Assembly (NCBI GenBank): GCA_902799955.1
Contig: CADCCQ010000027.1
Coordinates: 7,240-71,239, forward strand
Length of the DNA: 64,000 bases
Origin: an uncultured bacterium
Lineage (GTDB): Bacteria > Verrucomicrobiota > Kiritimatiellia > RFP12 > UBA1067
Reading direction: 5' to 3'
Shown here: piece by piece, positions 44,561 to 54,878 of the stretch
How positions within the stretch are numbered: the stretch's first letter is position 1
How the letters are laid out: every line of letters starts with the position of its first letter
Notes under the pieces: generated by a model
The model's database searches: none
What the model saw: only the letters and a program-made list of their open reading frames with translations
Told to the model about the DNA's origin: nothing
Made by a program: the position numbers and the translations under genes

Positions 44561-47500
44561 ATGAGGAAAATGACATTCACTGCAGTTCGCGCGCGACTGG
44601 CCTTCCTGGCCGTGGTCGCAGCCACGGCTACGATTAGTGCTGAGCCGACGGCGTTGAAGGACGCCGCGTTCAGGCTAGACGCGGCGAACGCCGCGACGCT
44701 CACTGTCGACGAGGGCGGGCGCGTCCTGGAATGGCGTTCCTGCGCGGGCGGCGGCGCGGCGACTCCGCGCGCCAAGTTCGGCAAGCCCGTCCTGAAGAAG
44801 GACGCCGCGGGGCGCCCGTTCGTCGATTTCGGCGCGCAGGGCAGCTGCATCGACCTGGCGTTCCCCAGGGTCGAGGGGATACGCACCGTGTTCGCGGTCG
44901 GGAAGTTCGCAGAGTCGAACTACTGCCACGTCCTCTGCGACGGCGTGGAGTACAACTTCCACCGCGGCGACGACGGCGCGTATGCGTCCGCTGATTGGTC
45001 TAAGATCGCGAAGGCGTGGGACGGCACGAACGAGGTGGTGTGCATCCACTCCGAAATCATGCCGTCCGACGGCGTCAGGGTCTTCTGCCTGGAGATGCGC
45101 GAGCCGAGTTTCGCCGACAGGCTCACGGGCGACAGGGACTTCGCCGATCGCAACGGCGGGCGCGAGCTTCGCGAGGTCGTCGTCTTCCGCCGCGTACTCT
45201 CCGACGCCGAGCGCCTCGAGGTGACGCGGCACCTCTCCGGCAAGTGGCATGCCCTCGACACGCCGCCCGCCAGGCGCTCGTTGAACACTGACTGGCGGCT
45301 CATCAGGCGCGACATCGACAACTGGCACCGACTGCCCACAAACACCCTGGACACTTCCGCCAACGCCGCCGCCTGCATCCTCCCCTGCGACGCCGACCCG
45401 CTCGTGGTGGCGCTGCGCCGCACGCGCGCGCTCATCGACGACCTCGCGCCGTCGGTCGACCTCGCCGCCGAGCGCGCGGAGTTCGCCGGCCTTGCGGCGG
45501 ACGCCTTTGCCGCCATCGACGAGACGTCCCGATGGGAGCTCTTCGCGCGCGTAATGGCGCTCAACCGCCGCGTCGCCCTGAAGAACCCGCTACTCAAGGG
45601 AATTGACCGACTGCTCTTCGTCACGCACGAGCCGTGCGGTTTCAACGAGTGGCGCGACGGTTCGCACATGTGCGACCAGTACTACGGCTTCCACGGCACG
45701 CAGAACGGCATCTCGCGTGGCGACGGACTCTACATCCTGGAAAACCCGTTCTCCGAGAAGCCGGTCGCGCGCAACATCCTCGCCGGCAAGGTAATCGAGT
45801 CGGGCGCGTGGAAGGGGCAGACCCTCGACGGCTGCGCGATTATTTCGCCGGACATCGACTGGGACGGCAGGCGCATCGCGTTCGCCGCCGTGAAGAACAA
45901 CAGCAAGCTCGACAAGTGGGAGGACGGCACATGCTACCACGTGTTCACGTGCAACCTCGACGGCTCGAACCTGCGCCAGCTCACCAGCGGGCCGTGGAAC
46001 GAGTTTGATCCGTGCTGGCTGCCGAACGGGCGAATCGCGTTCATCTCCGAGCGGCGTGGCGGCTACGTGCGCTGCTCGGGAAATCGTCCCGTACCGTCCT
46101 TCACGCTCCACACGATGTTCGACGACGGCACGGACATCGTGCGCCTCTCGCACCACGAGACGAACGAGTGGCATCCGAGCGTGAACAACGACGGCATGAT
46201 CGTCTACACGCGCTGGGACTACGTCGATCGCGGTTCCGGCCAGGCGCACCACGCATGGACGTGTTTCCCCGATGGACGCGACCCGCGCGAGCTGAACGGC
46301 AACACGCGCATCAACTCGAAAACCACGCCCCGGATGGAGATGAACATCCGCCAGATTCCGGGTTCGCGCAAGTACGTCTCCACCGCCACGCCACACCATG
46401 GCTGGGCGGCTGGTTCGCTCATCGTGATTGATCCCTCGGTGCCAGACGACGGCGAGATGAGCGCCATCCGCCGCATCACGCCGGAACAGCCGTTTCCCGA
46501 GGCGGAGCAGAACACTTTCCGCAACCGCAACAGCGGCTCGTATGCGACGGCGTGGCCGCTCAGCGAGAAGTACTTCATCTGCGCCTACGACGGCGACGCG
46601 AACGGAATGTACAAGGTGCCGATGCGCGGGCGCCGCTATGCGATCACTCTCGTCGACGTCTTCGGCAACAAGACGCGGCTCTACACGCACCCCGGGACGT
46701 CGTGCCTCGACCCGATGCCGCTGATGGCGAGAAAACGGCCGCCGGTGATCCCCCACAAGACGCTCGAAGGCGCGCCCAGGGGATGGGTTTATCCGGAAAA
46801 TCCGGTGAAGACGGGCGAGATCGGCCTCATCAACGTCTACGACACGCGCATCCCGTTCCCGACGAACGAGACAATCACCGCCCTGCGCGTGTGGCAGCTC
46901 TTCCCGAAGGTGAAGCCGCTGCAGCAGAAACCGTGGCTCGGTGCAGAAGTCCACCAGACCGGACGCCAGTGCCTCGGCACGGTGCCGGTGGAGGCGGACG
47001 GCAGCGCGTATTTCACCGCGCCCGTGGGCGTGCCCATTTTCTTCCAGGCGCTCCGTGCTGACGGTTGCGCCGTGCAGAGCATGCGCAGCGACACGTACCT
47101 GCACCCCGGCGAACGGCTTTTGTGCGCAGGGTGCCACGAGCCCAAGGAGAACACGCGCCGCACGGCGTTTTCATCCCTCCCGCTTGCGATGCGCCGCGTG
47201 CCAAGCGCGATCAAGCCAGGGCCCGACGGCTCAGCGCCGTTCAACTACGCGCGTCTCGTGCAGCCCGTCCTCGACAGGAAGTGCGTTTCCTGCCACGGGG
47301 AGAAGCGCAAGCCGAAGGCGCCCGATCTCCGCGCGGGCGACTGGCGCAAGGACAAGTGGGGCTTCTCGACGAGCTGGAGCAATCTCGTACATCGCACCAA
47401 CTACTTTGCCTGGGAAATGGTCGAGAGGAAGCGAACGGATTGGGCGTTCTTCACGCCCGCCTATACGGAGCCTGGCCGCTATCTTGCGATGAACGCCCCG

Positions 47501-47662
47501 CTCAGGAAGATGCTCGACGCGGGCCACCACGGCGTGAAGCTCACGCCCGAGGAGCGCGAGCGTCTGATCCTCTGGATGGACTCCAACGGACAGTACATCG
47601 CGCACGACCACGATCCCGATGCCCAGCGCGACGGGAAGATCGTAAAGCCTTCGCTGGAGTGA
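44561..47662 (+). CDS. HzsA-related secreted protein 1: LamG-like N-domain, PD40 beta-propeller, HZS-alpha middle domain, two CxxCH
   Basis: FDPCWLPNGRIAFISER, YTRWDYVDR, LGTVPVEADGSAYFTAP..FFQAL..MRS, CAGCH, CVSCH. Confidence 0.85.
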   Translation: MRKMTFTAVRARLAFLAVVAATATISAEPTALKDAAFRLDAANAATLTVDEGGRVLEWRSCAGGGAATPRAKFGKPVLKKDAAGRPFVDFGAQGSCIDLAFPRVEGIRTVFAVGKFAESNYCHVLCDGVEYNFHRGDDGAYASADWSKIAKAWDGTNEVVCIHSEIMPSDGVRVFCLEMREPSFADRLTGDRDFADRNGGRELREVVVFRRVLSDAERLEVTRHLSGKWHALDTPPARRSLNTDWRLIRRDIDNWHRLPTNTLDTSANAAACILPCDADPLVVALRRTRALIDDLAPSVDLAAERAEFAGLAADAFAAIDETSRWELFARVMALNRRVALKNPLLKGIDRLLFVTHEPCGFNEWRDGSHMCDQYYGFHGTQNGISRGDGLYILENPFSEKPVARNILAGKVIESGAWKGQTLDGCAIISPDIDWDGRRIAFAAVKNNSKLDKWEDGTCYHVFTCNLDGSNLRQLTSGPWNEFDPCWLPNGRIAFISERRGGYVRCSGNRPVPSFTLHTMFDDGTDIVRLSHHETNEWHPSVNNDGMIVYTRWDYVDRGSGQAHHAWTCFPDGRDPRELNGNTRINSKTTPRMEMNIRQIPGSRKYVSTATPHHGWAAGSLIVIDPSVPDDGEMSAIRRITPEQPFPEAEQNTFRNRNSGSYATAWPLSEKYFICAYDGDANGMYKVPMRGRRYAITLVDVFGNKTRLYTHPGTSCLDPMPLMARKRPPVIPHKTLEGAPRGWVYPENPVKTGEIGLINVYDTRIPFPTNETITALRVWQLFPKVKPLQQKPWLGAEVHQTGRQCLGTVPVEADGSAYFTAPVGVPIFFQALRADGCAVQSMRSDTYLHPGERLLCAGCHEPKENTRRTAFSSLPLAMRRVPSAIKPGPDGSAPFNYARLVQPVLDRKCVSCHGEKRKPKAPDLRAGDWRKDKWGFSTSWSNLVHRTNYFAWEMVERKRTDWAFFTPAYTEPGRYLAMNAPLRKMLDAGHHGVKLTPEERERLILWMDSNGQYIAHDHDPDAQRDGKIVKPSLE

Positions 47663-47668
47663 CGGACC

Positions 47669-50122
47669 ATGAGGAAAGCCGCCTTGCTGCTCCTGAACGG
47701 AATCCTCCTCGCGTCGTTCGCGCTCGCGCGCGAATGGCCCGACGCGGGCGGCGAGCACGAGTACGCCGTCCTGGACTGGAATCTCATCGAGCGCGACATA
47801 AAGGGCTGGGGGCGGCTGCCGCGGCTGTCGACGACGCAGAGCGTGAACACCGCCGCGTGCATCCTGCCCGGCGACAAAGACCCGACAGGCGTCGTCATCC
47901 GCCGCACGCGCGCTCTCATCGCAGACCTCGCGGCGGAGGGCGTCGACCTCTCCGAGGAGAAGAGGGAGCTCGACGAGCTTGCGGCGCATTACGCCAAGCT
48001 GAACAACAGCACCGCCGAGACTCGCTTCGCGGCGTTTGCGGCTGTTCACGCCCTCAACCGCAGAGTGTCCCTGCGGAATCCGCTGCTGAAGGGCATTCGG
48101 CGACTCGTCTTCGTCGGGCACGAGGCTACGCCGGTTGGCCCCCATGGCGACGGCTGGCACATGTGCGACCAGTACTTCGGCTTCAACGCCACGTGCTACG
48201 GATCCACCATCGGCGACGGGCTGTACATACTGGAAAACCCGTTCTCCGACCATCCCGTCGCGCGCGACATAACGTCCCTGGGCCCTGGCGGATACCTCTC
48301 GCCGGACGTTTCCTGGGACGGCTCGACCATCGCCTTCGCCTACACCCGCTGCGAACGCGGCGGCAAGAGGAAAAGGTGGGAGGAGGGGACGTGCTACCAC
48401 ATCTTCACGTGCGCGACGGACGGCTCGAATCTCCGCAAGCTCACGAGCGGGCCGTGGAACGACTTCGACCCATGCTGGCTCCCGAACGGACGCATAGCCT
48501 TCATTTCCGAGCGGCGCGGCGGATACGGGCGCTGTCACGGGCGCCCCGTGCCGACGTATACCCTGCATTCGATGTTCGACGACGGCACTGACATCGTGCG
48601 GCTCTCGCACCACGAGACCAACGAATGGCATCCGAGCGTCGACGCCAACGGAATGATCGTCTACACGCGCTGGGACTACGTCGACCGCGGCGCCGGGCAG
48701 GCGCACCACGCCTGGACGACGTATCCCGACGGACGCGACCCGCGCGAGGTGAACGGCAACACGCGCCTCCACGCCTACACCACCCCGAAGATGGAGATGA
48801 ACGTGCGGCAGATCCCCGGCTCGCGCAAGTACGTCGCCGTGGCGACGCCGCACCACGGCTGGGCCGCGGGCTCCCTGATCATGATTGACCCGTCCGTTCC
48901 GGACGATGGCGAGATGAGCGCCGTGAGGCGCATAACGCCCGAGCATCCGTTCGCCGAGAGCGAGACGGGGACCGTCGGGGGGTACGCTACGCCGTGGCCG
49001 CTCAGCGAGAAGTACTTCATCTGCGTCTACGACGGCAACGCCAACAGCAAGTACGGCGAGTCGGCGATCCGCCACTACGTCATCACGCTCGTGGACGTAT
49101 TCGGCAACAAGACGCGCCTCTACTCTCACCCGACAATCTCGTGCCTCGACCCGATGCCGCTCCAGGCGCGGGAGAGGCCGCCGGTTCTGGCGCACCAGAC
49201 GCTGGAGGGCAGGCCGGAAAAAACGGGAAGTCCGGCGGGTGCGGACCGCGATTCGCAGTTGCCCAAGACGGGCGAGATCGGCCTCGTCAACGTCTACGAC
49301 ACGCGCATTCCGTTCCCGACGAACGAGACGATAACCGCGCTCAGGGTGTGGCAGCTGTTTCCGAAGACTCAGCCGCTGCAGCAGCATCCGTGGCTAGGGC
49401 CCGACCAGCGGCAGATCGGCCGCCAGTGCCTCGGGACCGTCCCCGTCGAGAAGGACGGCAGCGCGTACTTCACCGCGCCGGTCGGCGTTCCGCTCTTCTT
49501 CCAGGCGCTCCGCGCCGACGGCTGCGCCGTGCAGAACATGAGAAGCGACACGTACCTGCACCCGGGCGAGAGGCTGATGTGCGCCGGGTGCCACGAGCCG
49601 AAGGAGAACACGCGCCGCACGGCGTCCTCGGCCCTCCCCGCCGCGATGCGCCGCGAGCCAAGCGCGATCAAGCCCGGGCCTGACGGCTCCGCGCCGTTCA
49701 ACTACGCCCGCCTCGTCCAGCCCGTCCTCGACGCGAAGTGCGTCTCATGCCACGGCGAGAGGCGCAGCCCCAAGGCGCCGGACCTGCGCGCCGGCGACTG
49801 GCGCAAGGACGAGTGGGGCTTTTCGACGAGCTGGAAGAGCCTTTTGCCGTACTCGAACTACTTCGTGAAGGGGATAATCGACAGCGGGAAAAGGCTTGAC
49901 TGGGAGTTCTTCGAGCCAGCGTACACAATGCCCGGCAGGCATCTCGCGATCGGTGCGCCTCTCAGGAAGATGCTCGACGCCGGGCACCACGGCGTGAAGC
50001 TCACCCACGAGGAGCGCGAGAGGCTGGTCCTGTGGATGGACTCCAACGCCCAGTACATCGCGCACGACACAGACCCCGAGGCTCAGCGCGACGGCAAGAC
50101 CGTAAAACCCGAATTGGAGTGA
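47669..50122 (+). CDS. HzsA-related secreted di-heme beta-propeller protein 2
   Basis: paralog of 44561..47662 without the LamG-like domain; CAGCH, CVSCH; signal peptide. Confidence 0.85.
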   Translation: MRKAALLLLNGILLASFALAREWPDAGGEHEYAVLDWNLIERDIKGWGRLPRLSTTQSVNTAACILPGDKDPTGVVIRRTRALIADLAAEGVDLSEEKRELDELAAHYAKLNNSTAETRFAAFAAVHALNRRVSLRNPLLKGIRRLVFVGHEATPVGPHGDGWHMCDQYFGFNATCYGSTIGDGLYILENPFSDHPVARDITSLGPGGYLSPDVSWDGSTIAFAYTRCERGGKRKRWEEGTCYHIFTCATDGSNLRKLTSGPWNDFDPCWLPNGRIAFISERRGGYGRCHGRPVPTYTLHSMFDDGTDIVRLSHHETNEWHPSVDANGMIVYTRWDYVDRGAGQAHHAWTTYPDGRDPREVNGNTRLHAYTTPKMEMNVRQIPGSRKYVAVATPHHGWAAGSLIMIDPSVPDDGEMSAVRRITPEHPFAESETGTVGGYATPWPLSEKYFICVYDGNANSKYGESAIRHYVITLVDVFGNKTRLYSHPTISCLDPMPLQARERPPVLAHQTLEGRPEKTGSPAGADRDSQLPKTGEIGLVNVYDTRIPFPTNETITALRVWQLFPKTQPLQQHPWLGPDQRQIGRQCLGTVPVEKDGSAYFTAPVGVPLFFQALRADGCAVQNMRSDTYLHPGERLMCAGCHEPKENTRRTASSALPAAMRREPSAIKPGPDGSAPFNYARLVQPVLDAKCVSCHGERRSPKAPDLRAGDWRKDEWGFSTSWKSLLPYSNYFVKGIIDSGKRLDWEFFEPAYTMPGRHLAIGAPLRKMLDAGHHGVKLTHEERERLVLWMDSNAQYIAHDTDPEAQRDGKTVKPELE

Positions 50123-50227
50123 CCCGCAATGAAGAGCACGACAGCCTTGCCCCCATTGCGGCGGGGAAAGAAAAATGGTATAATTCTCAATGGCGGGCCG
50201 GGGAAGGACTTCTCGGCAATGTGAACT

Positions 50228-52774
50228 ATGAAAGCATCTACTTGTAACCTCGTAATGAGCACGGCTACCTCCATAAGTCTCTGCGCCGCCGCAGCTGCGT
50301 TCCTCGCGTTGCCTGCCGCGGCAGGTGAATGGCCGGACGCCGGCGGCGCGCACGAGTACGCGCGTCTCGACTGGGAACTCATCGAACGCGACATCAAGAA
50401 CTGGGGCGGCCTGCCGGCGCTCACCGCGTCGCAGAGCGTGGACACCGCCGCCTGCATCCTTCCGGGGGACAAGGACCCCCTCGACGTGCTGATCCGCCGC
50501 ACGCGCGCGCTCATCGCCGACCTCTCCGCCGCCGGGGTCGACCTTTCCGCCGAGACGCGCGAACTTGACGGGATCGCCGCGCGCGCGGTGGCGTCCCGCC
50601 GCGACTGGCGCGAGACGCGCTTCCCAGCATTCTCCGCCGTGCACGCCCTCAACCGCCGCGTCGCGCTCAAGAATCCGCTCCTGAAGGGGATCGACCGCCT
50701 CGTGTTCGTCGGGCACGAGGCCCTGCCCCTTGACGAGTTCAACGGCGGCTGGCACATGTGCGACCAGTACTTCGGCTTCCACGCCACGATGCACGGCGCG
50801 ACGGTGGGCGACGGGCTCTACGTGCTGGAGAATCCGTTCTCCGACCACCCCGTCGCGCGCGACATCCTCGACGGGCGCGTTGTGGAGGACGGCGACTGGA
50901 AAGGGCAGACCCTCGGCCCTGGCGGATACCTCTCGCCCGACGTCTCGTGGGACGGGAAGTCCATCGCCTTCGCCTACACGCGCGGCAAGCCGGAGATACG
51001 CAAGTGGAACGACAACACCGTCTACCACGTCTTCACCTGCGCCGCGGACGGCTCGTCGCTCCGCCAGCTCACGACGGGCTGCGTCAACGACTTCGACCCT
51101 TGCTGGCTGCCCAACGGGCGCCTCGCATTCATCTCCGAGCGGCGCGGCGGGTTCGGGCGCTGCCACGGGCGCCCCGTGCCGACGTTCACGCTGCACACCA
51201 TGTTCCCCGACGGGACTGACATCGTGCAGCTGAGCCCCCACGAGACGAACGAGTGGCATCCCAGCGTAGACCACGACGGCATGATCCTCTACACTCGCTG
51301 GGACTACGTCGACCGCGGCTTCAGCCAGGCGCACCACCTCTGGCGGACGACGCCCGACGGACGCGACCCGCGCGCGGTGAACGGCAACACGCGCGAGAAG
51401 CATTCCGGGTCCAGCCCCCTGATGGAGATGAGCGGGCGCGCCGTGCCGGGTTCTCGCCTCTACTCCGCCGTCGCCGCGCCGCACCACGGCTGCGCCTACG
51501 GCTCGATCATCCTGGTCGACCCCGCGAAGCGCGACGACGACAGGATGTCGCAGGTGCGCCGCGTCACGCCTGAGCAGCCGCTCCCAGAAAGCGAGACGCG
51601 CGGCGGCGGGCAGACCAGCGGCGCGTACGCGACGCCGTGGCCGCTGAGCGAAAAATACTTCATCTGCGTCTATGACGGCTTCGCCAACGGGAAGTACAAC
51701 GTGCGCTCCGTCAGGCGGTATGCGATAACGCTCGTGGACGTATTCGGCAACAAGACGCGGCTCTACACCCATCCCACCATCTCGTGCCTCGACCCGATGC
51801 CGCTCATGGCGCGCACAAGGCCGCCGATCCTCGCTCACCAGACGCTCGTCGGGAGGCCGGCCAACCCCGACGGCACGCGCCCCGCGGTCATCCCGCCGGA
51901 CGCGCTTCCCAGGACGGCGCAGATTGGCCTCGTTAATGTCTACGACAGCAAGATCCCGTTCCCGTCCGATGCAAAGGTCTCGGCGCTGCGCATCTGGCAG
52001 GTGCTGCCGAAGTTCAGCCCGCTCAACAGCCGTCCGCGCCTCGGCGCGGAGACGCAGCAGGTGGCGCGCCAGTGCCTGGGGACGGTCCCCGTCGAGGCGG
52101 ACGGCAGCGCGTTCTTCGAGGCTCCGGTAGACGTCCCGCTCTATTTCCAGGCGCTCGACGCGGAGGGGTGCACCGTGCAGAACATGCGAAGCGACACATA
52201 CGTCCACCCAGGCGAGAAGCTGATGTGCAACGGCTGCCACGAGGAGCGCACGACCGCCGCCCGCAAGCCAGGCGCCGACCTCCCGGCCGCGATGCGCCGC
52301 GCGCCGAGCCGCATCAAGCCCGCTCCCGAGGGGGCGAAGCCGTACAGCTTCGCGCGCCTCGTGCAGCCCGTCCTGGACGCCAGGTGCGTCTCGTGCCACG
52401 GCGAGAGGCGCGCCCCGAAGGCGCCGGACCTGCGCGCCGGCGACTGGCGCAAGGACCCGAACGGCTTTTCGACGTCGTTCAACTCGCTGATGCCGTACGT
52501 CCACTTCTTCGCGTACGACTACGTGGTTACGCACAAGCGCCGCGGACACTACCAGTCGTTCTTCGAGCCGGCCTACACCGCCCCGCGCACGACGGGCGCG
52601 TACGCCTCGCCGCTCTACGCGATGCTGAAGAAGGGGCACCACGGCGTGAAGCTCACGCCGGAGGAATGGGAGCGACTCCTCGTGTTCATGGGCTCGAACG
52701 CCCAGTACGTCGGCCACGACCACAAGGTGGAGGAACAACGCGACGGCAAGATCGTCCCCCCGCCTTTCGAGTGA
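50228..52774 (+). CDS. HzsA-related secreted di-heme beta-propeller protein 3
   Basis: third paralog; CNGCH, CVSCH; own TGGTATAAT at 50176-84; alternative start 50255. Confidence 0.85.
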   Translation: MKASTCNLVMSTATSISLCAAAAAFLALPAAAGEWPDAGGAHEYARLDWELIERDIKNWGGLPALTASQSVDTAACILPGDKDPLDVLIRRTRALIADLSAAGVDLSAETRELDGIAARAVASRRDWRETRFPAFSAVHALNRRVALKNPLLKGIDRLVFVGHEALPLDEFNGGWHMCDQYFGFHATMHGATVGDGLYVLENPFSDHPVARDILDGRVVEDGDWKGQTLGPGGYLSPDVSWDGKSIAFAYTRGKPEIRKWNDNTVYHVFTCAADGSSLRQLTTGCVNDFDPCWLPNGRLAFISERRGGFGRCHGRPVPTFTLHTMFPDGTDIVQLSPHETNEWHPSVDHDGMILYTRWDYVDRGFSQAHHLWRTTPDGRDPRAVNGNTREKHSGSSPLMEMSGRAVPGSRLYSAVAAPHHGCAYGSIILVDPAKRDDDRMSQVRRVTPEQPLPESETRGGGQTSGAYATPWPLSEKYFICVYDGFANGKYNVRSVRRYAITLVDVFGNKTRLYTHPTISCLDPMPLMARTRPPILAHQTLVGRPANPDGTRPAVIPPDALPRTAQIGLVNVYDSKIPFPSDAKVSALRIWQVLPKFSPLNSRPRLGAETQQVARQCLGTVPVEADGSAFFEAPVDVPLYFQALDAEGCTVQNMRSDTYVHPGEKLMCNGCHEERTTAARKPGADLPAAMRRAPSRIKPAPEGAKPYSFARLVQPVLDARCVSCHGERRAPKAPDLRAGDWRKDPNGFSTSFNSLMPYVHFFAYDYVVTHKRRGHYQSFFEPAYTAPRTTGAYASPLYAMLKKGHHGVKLTPEEWERLLVFMGSNAQYVGHDHKVEEQRDGKIVPPPFE

Positions 52775-52797
52775 AGTAAAATTCCCAAAATTCCCTC

Positions 52798-52827
52798 TTG
52801 CGCATTTCGGGTAAAATATAGTATAAT
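52798..52827 (+). promoter_or_regulatory. sigma70-type promoter of fusA
   Basis: TTGCGC-N18-TATAAT; GGAG RBS before ATG 52873. Confidence 0.55.
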
Positions 52828-52872
52828 ATATCCTCAAACCCAAAAGAAAGAAAAATTGGAGATAAGTCAAAA

Positions 52873-54871
52873 ATGGCAAAGCGCGACATACCCCTCGAAA
52901 GAGTGAGGAACTTCGGCATCATGGCCCACATCGACGGCGGCAAGACGACGACGTCCGAGCGTATACTTTACTATTCCGGCAAGAACTACAAGATCGGCGA
53001 GGTGCATGACGGCGCCGCGACGATGGACTTCATGGTTCAGGAGCAGGAGCGTGGCATCACGATCCAGTCCGCCGCGACGTGCGTCCAGTGGGGCGACTAC
53101 CGCCTCTCGCTGATCGACACCCCCGGACACGTGGACTTCACGGCCGAGGTGGAGCGCTCGCTGCGTGTCCTCGACGGCGCGGTGGCGCTCTACTGCGCTG
53201 TCGGCGGCGTCCAGCCGCAGTCCGAGCAGGTCTGGCGCCAGAGCGAGAAGTACAAGGTGCCCAAGATCGCGTTCGTCAACAAGATGGACCGCGTCGGCGC
53301 GAATTTCTACGGCGTCATGGAGCAGATGAAGAGCCAGCTCGGCGCGAACCCCGTCCCGATGGTCATCCCGATCGGCGCGGCGGAGACGTTCGACGGCGTC
53401 ATCGACCTCGTCAAGATGAAGGCCCTCTACTTCGACATGAAGAGCCTCGGCAAGACGGTCATCGAGAAGGACATCCCCGAGGAGTACGTCGAGAAGGCGA
53501 AGGAGTGGCGCCAGAAGATGGTCGAGAGCGCCGCCGAGCAGGACGACGCGCTCATGGAGAAGTTCTTCGCGGGCGAGGAGCTGACGGTCGACGAGATCAA
53601 GAAGGCGATCCGCAAGGGCTGCCTCGCGAGGACCATCACCCCGGCGTTCTGCGGCACGGCGTTCAAGGACAAGGGCATCCAGCCTCTCCTCGACGCGGTC
53701 TGCGACTACCTTCCGTCCCCGCTCGACACCGGCGCGGCGGTTTCCGCCGACGACCCCACGCAGAAGCGCGAGCCGAGCGACAACGAGCCGTTCTGCGGCC
53801 TCGCGTTCAAGATCATGAACGACCCGAAGTCCGGCGGCAAGATCACGTTCGTGCGCGTCTACTCGGGCACGCTCAAGCTCGGCGCGGAGCTTCTCGACTC
53901 CACGATCTCCAAGGAGCAGCGCATCTCCCGCCTCTTCCGCATGCACGCCGCGAAGCAGGAGCCTCTCGACGAGGCCCACGCTGGCGACATCGTCGCGTGC
54001 GTCGGCCTCACCGACACGCGCACGGGCGACACGCTCTGCGACCCCGACCATCCGATCACGCTCGAGTCCATCGACTTCCCGGCGCCGGTCATCTCGGTCG
54101 CCGTCAAGCCGAAGAGCCGCGGCGACAACGAGAAGCTCGGCGCGGCGCTCCACGCGCTAGCGATGGAGGACCCGACGTTCGTCGTCACCTTCGACCAGGA
54201 GACGAGCGAGACGATCATCGCCGGCATGGGCGAGCTCTACCTCGAGGTCATCGTCGACCGCCTGAAGCGCGAGTTCAACGTCCCGGCGGCCGCGGCCAGT
54301 ACGCCCACGTCTGCCTCCGCCTCGAGCCGCAGGAGCCCGGCAAGGGCTTCGAGTTCGTCAACGAGGTCAAGGGCGGCGTCATCCCGACGGAGTACATCCC
54401 GGCGGTCGAGAAGGGCGTGCGCAAGGCGCTCGAGTCCGGCCCGCTCGCGGGCTTCCCGGTCGTGGACGTCAAGGCGACGGTGTACTTCGGCTCGTACCAC
54501 GAGGTCGACTCGAACGAATTCGCGTTCATCACCTGCGCGATGCAGTGCAGGCGAAGCCGCAGCTCCTCGAGCCGATGATGGACGTCGAGGTCGTCGTCCC
54601 CGAGCAGTACATGGGCGCCGCCAACGGCTCCATCAACCAGCGGCGCGGACGCGTCGAGGGCATGGACGACCGCGCGGGAGTCAAGCTCATCAAGGCGACG
54701 GTCCCGCTCGGCGAGATGTTCGGCTACTCGAACGCGATCCGCACCGTGACGCAGGGCCGCGGCTCGTTCACGATGATCTTCAAGCAGTACGAGGCCGTTC
54801 CCAAGAACATCGCCCAGGAGGTCATCGAGAAGCGCATCAAGGAAGGCAAGGTCCGTCCTTCCGCAGAGTGA
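52873..54871 (+). pseudogene. fusA: elongation factor G disrupted by two frameshifting deletions
   Basis: [37 protein letters not shown] in frame 1 up to KREFNV (54282); [17 protein letters not shown] in a second frame; [14 protein letters not shown] in a third, stop at 54871. Confidence 0.85.
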
Positions 54872-54878
54872 TCTGTAA

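Noticed and set aside
44561-52774. Anammox hydrazine synthase operon
   Set aside because: Only alpha-like paralogs are present; no hzsB/hzsC or hao-type genes, and such homologs occur in non-anammox bacteria
54270-54560. Programmed ribosomal frameshifting in fusA
   Set aside because: Conserved residues are physically absent at both junctions and there is no slippery heptamer
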